64,000 bases of DNA, from IMG/VR virus record IMGVR_UViG_3300029288_003766, positions 25,787 to 89,786 of that record; one strand, 5' to 3'. Below, in pieces: positions 44,417 to 52,386 of this stretch. This DNA is from a virus. Taxonomy: Duplodnaviria; Heunggongvirae; Uroviricota; Caudoviricetes. Below the pieces are notes generated by a model. That model saw only the letters and a program-made list of their open reading frames with translations. It made no database searches and was not told the DNA's origin. How positions within the stretch are numbered: position 1 is the stretch's first letter; each line of letters starts with the position of its first letter. Made by a program: the position numbers and the translations under genes.

Positions 44417-45133
44417 ATGAAGCTAGATGCACAGTTATTTTTAGACCATATCAGGAAAGCAAGCGTTGGTGGGGTAATAAATGAGCTGGTTTTTGGTAAT
44501 CGTCTCTCTTTTGCCCTAACTGATGAAACAAAATCTGTTGTTTCTATCTGTTCTGCTGGGTTAGTTGAGGAAGAAACAAACGAGATTGGTATATTTGATT
44601 CTGGGTTGTTTAGCCGATCTATCCAGTATGCTAAAGACATAATCTTTGCTAAGGATCAGGCCATTGAAATGAACCTAGTTGATAATAGATTGGTATTCAA
44701 GAACGGGGACAATGAGTTTAGGTTTCTTCTAAGCGCTCCGAAGGCTATACAAACTAAGGTTAATAACCCAGATGATGTCTTGGAGAAGGTTGGTGCCGGC
44801 CCAGCAGTTACTATTGGGATTGACTCCTCTATTATAGACCAATGCTTGAAAGCTATTCAACTAATTGCTCCTGATAAATGTACCTTCTTAGTTGAGTCTG
44901 GGAAAGTTAAATTATCTGTTGGGGACGAAGTAAAGCACATTGCTATAGTTAATTTAGGAGTCGCCAAGAGCAGGGGCAAATTTAAACTGGTTGTTAAACC
45001 TGATTTTCTGTCTAAAGTTTTAAGTGTTCTCCCACCAGATAAAGAAATTGTCTTATCATTGCGGGATGGTATGCCTTTGGTATTTACGATACCTGGTTAT
45101 GTGGTTTTACTGGCTAGTATGGAGATAGAGTAA
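44417..45133 (+). CDS. sliding clamp-like protein (gp45-like)
   Basis: About 238 aa with GGAGGGG RBS, immediately followed (after an inserted endonuclease gene) by the clamp-loader gene. Loose positional resemblance to T4 gp45. Confidence 0.5.
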   Translation: MKLDAQLFLDHIRKASVGGVINELVFGNRLSFALTDETKSVVSICSAGLVEEETNEIGIFDSGLFSRSIQYAKDIIFAKDQAIEMNLVDNRLVFKNGDNEFRFLLSAPKAIQTKVNNPDDVLEKVGAGPAVTIGIDSSIIDQCLKAIQLIAPDKCTFLVESGKVKLSVGDEVKHIAIVNLGVAKSRGKFKLVVKPDFLSKVLSVLPPDKEIVLSLRDGMPLVFTIPGYVVLLASMEIE

Positions 45134-45134
45134 A

Positions 45135-45881
45135 ATGTATTGTTTATGTGGTTGTGATTCGATAGTTAAGGCGGGAAATAAATTTATTATTGGTCATAAC
45201 GCTCGGGTATTGTCTAAAGACGACAGAATAAGGATGCATTCTAGTAGAGTAATTCCTATAGAAACTAGGTTGTGCGGTTGTGGTTGTAAGCGGAGTTTTA
45301 TGTGCAAAAATAACTCTAAGCAGCGTTTTATTCATGGTCATTATATAGTTATTAAAAATCCTATGAAAGTTGCACGTTTTCGAAAAAATTTAAGTAAGTC
45401 TTTGCAAGGCTTACGTCCTTGGAACAAAGGTGTGAGAGGTTATACTACATCTTGGATGGGCCAACACCATTCCAAGATAACGAAAATAAAGATGAGTAAA
45501 AATCATTGGAGTAAATCCCAACAGGAAAGATTTTTTAAAATAATAGTTCAAGATCAACTATTGAAAGTAGGGAAACATCCAAATAATTTTGAAACAGATG
45601 TTTTTGGCCTGCTTGAGTCCAACTTTCCGAAACAGTTTGAATATGTTGGGCAGGGTAAAATTTTAATTAACAACAAATCCCCAGATTTTATTGATGAACG
45701 GCATAAAATAGTTGTCTTATGTAATGGGTTTTACTGGCATTTAACTAAATTAGGTTTATCTGTTACAGATAGGAATAAGCGTAATAGAGAACGGGTAGAA
45801 TCAAAACCTTTTTTGAAATCTGGTTATCATGTTTTTGTTATTTGGGATGATGATTTTATTCTACGAAATATTGGGGCATAA
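45135..45881 (+). CDS. free-standing homing endonuclease with Vsr-like PD-(D/E)xK nuclease domain
   Basis: C-terminal PDFIDERHKIVVLCNGFYWH mirrors the Vsr PDIVF..KVAIFVDGCFWH block. N-terminal Cys cluster and PWNKG repeats. Inserted between clamp and clamp-loader genes. Confidence 0.55.
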   Translation: MYCLCGCDSIVKAGNKFIIGHNARVLSKDDRIRMHSSRVIPIETRLCGCGCKRSFMCKNNSKQRFIHGHYIVIKNPMKVARFRKNLSKSLQGLRPWNKGVRGYTTSWMGQHHSKITKIKMSKNHWSKSQQERFFKIIVQDQLLKVGKHPNNFETDVFGLLESNFPKQFEYVGQGKILINNKSPDFIDERHKIVVLCNGFYWHLTKLGLSVTDRNKRNRERVESKPFLKSGYHVFVIWDDDFILRNIGA

Positions 45882-45882
45882 G

Positions 45883-46782
45883 ATGCTAAATGATTTGTGG
45901 GTTGAGCGTTATCGGCCGCAGAAGATAGAAGATCTTATCCTACAAGATAATGTTAGAGCAGAGTTGACTAAGTTTATCCAGGAGAAGAGTATTCCGCACC
46001 TTCTTTTATTGGGTGGTGCCGGCGTAGGTAAAACTACAATTGCGAAAATATTGCTTCGTGAGCTTGATTGTGATAAACTTGAGTTAAATGCTAGCTCAGA
46101 ACGAGGCATAGATATTATCCGAAACAAAGTTACTAATTTTGCTGTGATGCACAGTATGAAAAAATGGAAGATTGTTTTTATGGACGAAATGGATCTTCTT
46201 ACTTTTGACGCACAGGCAGCCCTTCGTAATATATTTGAGACCTACTCTGATTATGTTCGCTTCATTTGCACCGGAAATTATGGGAACAAGATTATACCCG
46301 CAATAAAGAGCAGGTGCCAGTGTTTGGAGTTTGAGCATTTGGATAAAAAGAGTGTGGTTAAACTTCTCAAAAGCATTTTAGAGAAAGAACAGGTAAGCTA
46401 TGATGCTGATGATTTTTTGACTTTGGTAGAAGATTGCTATCCTGATATACGCTCGATGATAAACAAGTTGCAATTAAATACGGTCAATAGGCAGTTTCAG
46501 TATCAAAGGTCAGCTAACTTACAGGATATGGTTACTTTGATGGAGAGGATTAGGAGTGGATCTTTGACAGATATACGTAAGATGAACTTGGATTATGCTG
46601 AGGCCTACAAACATATTTTTGATAGAATTGAGGAATTATCAAATGATTATGATAAGAAAATAAAGATGAGCCTTATAGTGGCCGATCATTTTAGGGATGA
46701 AGCCTTCTGTGCTGATTGGGAGATCAATTTTGCTGCTTGTTGTATGAAGCTTATGGAATTTTTAGGAGTAAAAGCTAAATGA
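45883..46782 (+). CDS. RFC/gp44-like AAA+ clamp loader subunit
   Basis: Start at the ATG at 45883 (MLNDLWVERYRP). Walker A LLLGGAGVGKTT, Walker B IVFMDEMD, sensor CTGNY. Confidence 0.75.
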   Translation: MLNDLWVERYRPQKIEDLILQDNVRAELTKFIQEKSIPHLLLLGGAGVGKTTIAKILLRELDCDKLELNASSERGIDIIRNKVTNFAVMHSMKKWKIVFMDEMDLLTFDAQAALRNIFETYSDYVRFICTGNYGNKIIPAIKSRCQCLEFEHLDKKSVVKLLKSILEKEQVSYDADDFLTLVEDCYPDIRSMINKLQLNTVNRQFQYQRSANLQDMVTLMERIRSGSLTDIRKMNLDYAEAYKHIFDRIEELSNDYDKKIKMSLIVADHFRDEAFCADWEINFAACCMKLMEFLGVKAK

Positions 46783-46985
46783 TTGAAATAAATAGTTTGG
46801 TTAAAGCAATTACCCCTGTTGATAATAAGACTTCTATATTATTTGAGAAAGGAAAGGTAATCTATCTTGGCAGAAGAGTCCTTATTCAGTTCGAATCAAA
46901 TATTTGTGGCCACAACGGAAATGGTTTAGGTAAAGATCGGTATTGTTGGATGTGCGACTGGAATGCTATAGTCGAAGTAAACTAA
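46779..46985 (+). CDS. hypothetical protein (68 aa)
   Basis: Coupled to clamp loader; CGHNGNG ... CWMCDW. Confidence 0.4.
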   Translation: MIEINSLVKAITPVDNKTSILFEKGKVIYLGRRVLIQFESNICGHNGNGLGKDRYCWMCDWNAIVEVN

Positions 46986-46996
46986 AGGAGGAACAA

Positions 46997-47278
46997 ATGG
47001 GTGAAGGATGTGGTAAGATGAGAGGGTTATTTATGATCAGGGCAATTAACAAAGAGACAGATGAGATTGTTTATGCTGCAGAGATTATAGCAGAGGGAGA
47101 AAAGGAAGCACTTTATGAAAGTGATATGAAATCTTATTTAAAAGATAAGAAATTGAGTAGAGATGATGTTCATATCTTGGTTAAGGAGCTTATCCAGGTA
47201 CCGGCAAAAGAGGATGTAAAGAAGGTACGTGTTCTCGGCCAGATTGGTGAGTTTGCAGCTGTAAAGGTGCAAAAATAA
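46997..47278 (+). CDS. hypothetical protein (93 aa)
   Basis: AAGGAGG RBS before ATG 46997. Confidence 0.45.
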   Translation: MGEGCGKMRGLFMIRAINKETDEIVYAAEIIAEGEKEALYESDMKSYLKDKKLSRDDVHILVKELIQVPAKEDVKKVRVLGQIGEFAAVKVQK

Positions 47279-47303
47279 GTTGACATTAGACTAAAGGAGT
47301 AAA

Positions 47304-48056
47304 ATGAAGCATGGTTATGCTTATTTAGTAACAGATTTGCTGAACAAACATAATCTACCTAATCCTTTCTATGTTGGCAAATGTCAATCTGATAAGTTTA
47401 ATTCAAACTACTTTGGTAGTGGTAAATTTATTAGAAATGTTGTTAATAAAGATAGACAAGAAAATGGTGGTAAAGTAGTAAACTTTAAGCTTAAGTTGGT
47501 TGGGTGGGCGCATAATAAAGACAAACTTAAGGAATTGGAAAGATCTTGGATAAAAGAAATGGATTGTATTTGGCCGAAAGGTTATAACATTACTGAAGGT
47601 GGAGAAGGCGGAGATACTTTTACAGATAACCCAAACAAAGAAGAAGTAAGGGAGAAGATGAAGAAGCCGCATAAGCCTATGTCTGAATCGACAAAAAATA
47701 AAATGAGAAAACCAAAATCTGAAGAGCATAGGAAAAATATGCTGGGGGCTGAATCTGAGGAGACTAGGAGGAAAAAGAGAAAACCTTTAGAAGAAAGGGG
47801 GCATAAGTTTGATTGTATCTGTTGCGTTTGCAAAGCTAAAAAAGGAATACCTAAAAACCATAAACTGGATTGTACTTGTGGTGTTTGTAAAGCGAAAAGA
47901 GGTGAAACAAAAGGTGTGCTTAACGTAGGAATTAAAAGAAGTAAACCTAGTTGTTGGAAAGGTAAAAAACGTGGACCACAAAGTAGAGAACATGCAATGA
48001 AGAAGGCTTGGCCAAAAGGTAAAAAGAGAAAATTATTAACTAATCAAGATTCATAA
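47304..48056 (+). CDS. GIY-YIG homing endonuclease with NUMOD3 repeats
   Basis: HGYAYLVTDL...FYVGKC, YNITEGGEGG, repeated basic NUMOD3-like units and paired CxCxVCKAK zinc knuckles. Confidence 0.75.
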   Translation: MKHGYAYLVTDLLNKHNLPNPFYVGKCQSDKFNSNYFGSGKFIRNVVNKDRQENGGKVVNFKLKLVGWAHNKDKLKELERSWIKEMDCIWPKGYNITEGGEGGDTFTDNPNKEEVREKMKKPHKPMSESTKNKMRKPKSEEHRKNMLGAESEETRRKKRKPLEERGHKFDCICCVCKAKKGIPKNHKLDCTCGVCKAKRGETKGVLNVGIKRSKPSCWKGKKRGPQSREHAMKKAWPKGKKRKLLTNQDS

Positions 48057-48068
48057 CAAGGGGGAGAC

Positions 48069-48581
48069 ATGAAGCTAATAGAAGGAATGAAAAAAATTAC
48101 AGAACTACAACGCAAGGCTGAAGATTTAAGGAGCAAGGTTAAGCTTCATTGTGCACACCAGAGTGTAGAGAAACCGGTATATGAAAGTCAACAGAACCAG
48201 ATAGATGAGTGGATCCAGGCTCATAGTGATATATTAAAAGAGATTTTGAAACTGAGAGTGGCTATACAAAAAACCAATTTGGCTACTCCTGTTACAATAG
48301 AGTTGGGTGGGGTAAATGTTACAAAAAGTATCGCTGAGTGGATACACCGCAGGAGAGAGTTAGCTATCACAGAGTGCGCGATGTGGGAAAGCCTTACTGA
48401 TAGGGGGTTGAGAGAGGGAGTAATAACTACAAGTCAGAACGAGAAGGTCCCGGTTTCAATAGTTCGTTATTATAATCCGGCAAAAAGAGACAAGAATATC
48501 GATATTTTTAAAAATGAGCCTAGTGTGATTGATCGTACTTTGGAGGTAAAGAACGCAGTCACTGATCTTATAGAAGATTAG
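48069..48581 (+). CDS. hypothetical protein (170 aa)
   Basis: GGGGAG RBS; no family recognised. Confidence 0.5.
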   Translation: MKLIEGMKKITELQRKAEDLRSKVKLHCAHQSVEKPVYESQQNQIDEWIQAHSDILKEILKLRVAIQKTNLATPVTIELGGVNVTKSIAEWIHRRRELAITECAMWESLTDRGLREGVITTSQNEKVPVSIVRYYNPAKRDKNIDIFKNEPSVIDRTLEVKNAVTDLIED

Positions 48582-49232
48582 AAACGTACAGGGGGCTCAT
48601 GTGTTCAGATGCATATGGACGTAGTACCCCTACCCAAAGGGTTTAGCTACAGGGTTGGAAGGATGCTAAAATGAGCTTGTTGTACCAAGAGTTCCTAAAG
48701 AAGAAGTTGATTAAAAAGATTATTGCTCTTTTGAGATATATTAAATGCCACGAACAGAGATATAAAACTGGCAAAAGATAAGCGATTCTGCTATCGTTAA
48801 AGTGGAATACCGTGCGACCCTTAATCGCAATTGGATATTGATGACCCTCAATGACTTGTTCATTTAGGATCAACATATAAAAAAACTCAAGGCTTAAGAA
48901 AGTAAGACCAAAGTGAGTAAGGCTCAAAACCGGTAAGGGAGTAAGAGTACAGGTAGTAAGGCTAAACTTGAAAGCTCTGGCAAGTACGACAGCCAACTGA
49001 TTTTACTTGACAGTAAGTGAGTAGAGAACGACCTGGAACAAGTTATGTTTGCTTATTTTTCCCAACCAGAACTTTTCAGGCTTCCTGATTTGGGGGCATT
49101 TATAAATTTAGGGGCGGGCGAAAAAGGGGCTGATGACAACAAGAGTGTTTTATCTTGGCTCTTAGTAGCTACGGTTGAATACGTAGGCGTTGACAACCTA
49201 CCGTCCCAAAGAGATAAATAAGGAGGGGTAAA
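48582..49232. other. 650-bp gene-free region with GTAAG iteron cluster and G-rich boxes (candidate replication origin or ncRNA locus)
   Basis: No credible plus-strand ORF. GTAAG at 48901, 48916, 48932, 48940, 48955 and 49012. AGTAAGGCT-AAA repeated twice. GGGGCAT / AGGGGCGGGCG / AGGGGCTG boxes at 49091-49130. Confidence 0.4.
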
Positions 49233-49541
49233 ATGGGGGTAGCAGCAGAAGAAAAGATTTGCGAAATGAGATTGCTCATCTCAGTAAAGAATCTTGAATG
49301 GTTCAAGAAAGAGTTCCCGAGTTTTAAATGGGAAGCAGGCGATACTACTCTGCGTTGGAACGCAAACAACTCTGAAGAAGTGGAAATGGCCAGAAAAGCT
49401 TTTGAAGCTTACAAGAAGAAAAATCCTAAGGCCCTGGCTTTCAAAGTTAATAAAGATGATAAGAAAGATACACAAGAATTGAATGAATTTGATCCCAACG
49501 CTGAGATGATCATCTGTCAGGAATTTATGCAAAAAGGATAG
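49233..49541 (+). CDS. hypothetical protein (102 aa)
   Basis: AAGGAGGGG RBS; Lys-rich. Confidence 0.5.
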   Translation: MGVAAEEKICEMRLLISVKNLEWFKKEFPSFKWEAGDTTLRWNANNSEEVEMARKAFEAYKKKNPKALAFKVNKDDKKDTQELNEFDPNAEMIICQEFMQKG

Positions 49542-49543
49542 AT

Positions 49544-50521
49544 ATGCCATTTACTGATACATTACCTATGCCTGTTATTAATAGTTATAGATTTTATAAT
49601 CAATACAATCTTCCCGTTGGTTTTCAATTAGGTGTTTCTGTAGATTCTGGTTTGCTTGCTCATAGGATTGATTTAAGTTTTCCTCTACATAATGGCCAAA
49701 GAAGACATGATTCAATTACTGTTCCTGTGCAAGCAATAGCTGATAACCCACAAGTTGAACAAGCTTGTGTTGATGAACTTCTACAGAGAGCTAATCGTGA
49801 AATTCGTCAAACGATTCAAAATAATATTCAAGATCATATGGGAGGTGCTGGTGTGACCGGACCTGGATATATTGATTATGGAACATGCGTAGATTATTCT
49901 AGTACAGCTGTAGAATATGCGGGGGCTACTGGTGCTTGTGGTGGAGCTGGTACTGGGTGGGGTGAATATGTTTCTCTAAGCCCAATTACTATTGGTTCTT
50001 TGAGTAGGAAATTTGTGCTTAATGTTAAGATTAAGTGGGGCAGGCATACTCTTACAGTATGTAAGCAGGTTGAGTTGGGGGCAGCGGATAATGTTGAAAT
50101 TACACAAGAAGATATAGATCAGGCCAGAGTCAATTATATTAAGAATTTAAACATTACTATCTTGACAAAGAAGGCCGAAAGAAAGGCTGAGGATCTTCTT
50201 AAGACTTTTATCAGTGATATGGACTTTAGAGATTTCAAGGAAAAAGGGTACTTCACGGTAAAAAGTGGTAATAGGTTATTTAAAATTTACAGAGATAGCC
50301 ATAAATGGGTGGATACCTGGGAGAAGCGCAAAGATGGTATATTTATTCCTAAGAACAGGCTTTGCACCCATACGGCAACCCGGGACCTGCCTTTGGCTGA
50401 TGAGGCATTACAGAAGCTTATGCTGGTTAGGAGTAATAGGATTGAGCAATATGCCAACGTTCATTCTATTGACGCAAATATGATGGGAGAGATTCACGAA
50501 CGTGATTTAGCCTTGGTTTAG
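49544..50521 (+). CDS. hypothetical protein with Gly-rich central segment (325 aa)
   Basis: Long ORF with a locally higher-GC Gly-rich stretch (GGAGVTGPG, GATGACGGAGTGWG). Confidence 0.5.
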   Translation: MPFTDTLPMPVINSYRFYNQYNLPVGFQLGVSVDSGLLAHRIDLSFPLHNGQRRHDSITVPVQAIADNPQVEQACVDELLQRANREIRQTIQNNIQDHMGGAGVTGPGYIDYGTCVDYSSTAVEYAGATGACGGAGTGWGEYVSLSPITIGSLSRKFVLNVKIKWGRHTLTVCKQVELGAADNVEITQEDIDQARVNYIKNLNITILTKKAERKAEDLLKTFISDMDFRDFKEKGYFTVKSGNRLFKIYRDSHKWVDTWEKRKDGIFIPKNRLCTHTATRDLPLADEALQKLMLVRSNRIEQYANVHSIDANMMGEIHERDLALV

Positions 50522-50609
50522 GCTCTACAATGCCCTTATTTGGGGCGTAACCAGGCCTAATTTGAACGATTTTATACCAAAACGATGGAAATATTCACTA
50601 GGGGTAAAT

Positions 50610-50996
50610 ATGCGAAAAATCAAGTTTAGGGTATGGAATAAGCATGATAAAGTTTTATTTTATCCGCAGGGTTTATGGTGGTATGATGGCGGCCCCCATA
50701 CTTTGAGATTTAAGGATTGCGACAAGGGGCTTCCTAAAGTTACTGGTTTTACAGGAGCTTCTTTCTTTGAGTTGATGGAATTTACTGGCCTAAAAGACAA
50801 GAATAAAAAAGATATTTACGAAGGAGATATTTTGAAATGGAGACAAGGGGTTGGCTGGATTATTATGCCTGTAGTAGCAGATGAATATGCTACTGGTTTT
50901 TTCCCTTTTTCAAGGACTACACAAATACCTACTCCAGATAGTAGGGAAGTAGAGATTATTGGTAATATTTATGAAAACCCGGAGCTGGTAAAATGA
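50610..50996 (+). CDS. YopX-family phage protein
   Basis: Start at the ATG at 50610 (MRKIKFRVWNK); C-terminal IIGNIYENPELVK. Confidence 0.7.
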   Translation: MRKIKFRVWNKHDKVLFYPQGLWWYDGGPHTLRFKDCDKGLPKVTGFTGASFFELMEFTGLKDKNKKDIYEGDILKWRQGVGWIIMPVVADEYATGFFPFSRTTQIPTPDSREVEIIGNIYENPELVK

Positions 50997-51439
50997 GAGA
51001 AATAAAGTTTAGAATATGGGATAAAGAAAGGAAGAATTGGGGTTGGACTTACTCTTTGGCCTTACATTGTTCTGGCCAGTTATATAGTCACCCTGGTTGT
51101 CATAATCAAACTCCTCATTATGAGATAATGCTATCTACCGGTCTTAAAGACAAAAATGGTAAGGAAATCTATGAGGGAGATATAATAAAATGGTCGGAGG
51201 ATCATTTAACGGATGGTGGTGAAAACATAAAGACTATAAAAGACATTGGTGAAGTGATTTGGTCACCAGAGTTTGCTATGTTTGGTTTGCGGGGTAGAGA
51301 ACTTGGTCATTGGCAGTTTTATGAACATCAGGAATACGAGGTTCTTGGTAATATCTATGAAAACCCTGAACTAAGAATAAAACAGAAAACAGCGGAAGAT
51401 CGGGTAAATGATATAGAATCGTTAAAAAATGAAAAATGA
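50993..51439 (+). CDS. YopX-family phage protein
   Basis: MREIKFRIWDK ... VLGNIYENPELRIK. Confidence 0.7.
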   Translation: MREIKFRIWDKERKNWGWTYSLALHCSGQLYSHPGCHNQTPHYEIMLSTGLKDKNGKEIYEGDIIKWSEDHLTDGGENIKTIKDIGEVIWSPEFAMFGLRGRELGHWQFYEHQEYEVLGNIYENPELRIKQKTAEDRVNDIESLKNEK

Positions 51440-51998
51440 TAAACCAATATCTAAAATAGTTGCTTTGGTGGGTGCGCCGGCCTGTGGTAAGACAACTCTA
51501 TCACTTAATTTGGTAACACAATTGAAGGTCAGAAACAAGAATGCTAAATATATCTTAGAATATCCTAGGGATTATATAGAGAAATATGGGCATCCACAAC
51601 ATATCTCTGAGCAGATGCTTATATTTCTTGGGTGGAACAGGCTGTTAGATAACGCTGCTGGCATACGATATGATTATCTTATTTGTGATAGTCCTGTATT
51701 TATTTCTTATGTGTATGGTGTATACAAGAGTGATCCCTCAGTACCTAAAGATAGGATGTGGATATTAGAATTGTTGGGTATGGCTTTAGAATCTATCCAA
51801 ATGTATGATAAAATATTCTACATTAGGCCGGGTAGAGAATTTCCAATTAAAGATAATTTAAGACATTCAAATCTTGACATTCAGAAGAAAATAGATGATA
51901 ATATACGCGGCTTCTTGAATTTGTATAAAGTGCCTTATGAAGAAATTGTTAACACAGATTTAAAGAAGAGCACAGATTATATTATATCGAGGATATAA
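51429..51998 (+). CDS. P-loop NTPase, putative nucleoside/nucleotide kinase (NadR-like)
   Basis: Walker A ALVGAPACGKTT near N-terminus, 189 aa. Confidence 0.45.
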   Translation: MKNDKPISKIVALVGAPACGKTTLSLNLVTQLKVRNKNAKYILEYPRDYIEKYGHPQHISEQMLIFLGWNRLLDNAAGIRYDYLICDSPVFISYVYGVYKSDPSVPKDRMWILELLGMALESIQMYDKIFYIRPGREFPIKDNLRHSNLDIQKKIDDNIRGFLNLYKVPYEEIVNTDLKKSTDYIISRI

Positions 51999-52098
51999 TG
52001 AATAAAGTGGAAGCTAATATTTTTGTTAAGTTTTTGATAATTATTGCTGTTCTCGCCGCGTTCGCTATTTACCTTGGGCAGCATAGCAAATAAAATTT

Positions 52099-52365
52099 GG
52101 GGCATAGAGAGTTCCTATTAACTTTCTCATACAAAGACAATACTCTCCGCCCCTTGATTACGGGACATAAAGAGTTCCTATACTTGTTAGAAGGCAGCCC
52201 TTCGGGGCTGCATCAAAATTACTCTTCGTCCCTAATAACTAGGCAAAGGAAGTTCCTATTAAAATGGAAAATGTCCCCGAAAGGGGACACTTAAAATACT
52301 TCCCGCCTTATAATTTGGACATCGGGAGTTCCTATTAAAATCCTGTTAAGATATACTCCCCGTCC
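52099..52365 (+). repeat. tandem array of four degenerate ~65-80-bp units (GGRCAT..AGAGTTCCTAT ... AATACTCYCCGYCC)
   Basis: AGTTCCTAT at 52110, 52173, 52251 and 52327. ACTCYCCGYCC at 52142, 52221, 52298 and 52355. Units 2 and 3 each carry an inserted perfect hairpin, GCAGCCC-TTCG-GGGCTGC at 52194-52211 and GTCCCC-GAAA-GGGGAC at 52273-52288. Confidence 0.6.
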
Positions 52366-52386
52366 ATTTTATAAAAGGATGGATAG

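Noticed and set aside
48643-48996. 117-aa minus-strand ORF inside the 650-bp intergenic island
   Set aside because: It is antisense to the local gene direction, hydrophobic and low-complexity in composition, has no RBS, and overlaps the iteron/hairpin region. Treated as non-coding.
52097-52294. 65-aa plus-strand ORF inside the tandem repeat array
   Set aside because: Its reading frame simply runs through repeat units and hairpins, so the translation reflects repeat periodicity rather than a protein.
52099-52365. Possibility that the tandem array is a CRISPR array
   Set aside because: Repeats are degenerate, not identical. The intervening segments share a second conserved motif rather than being unique spacers, and no cas genes are present.
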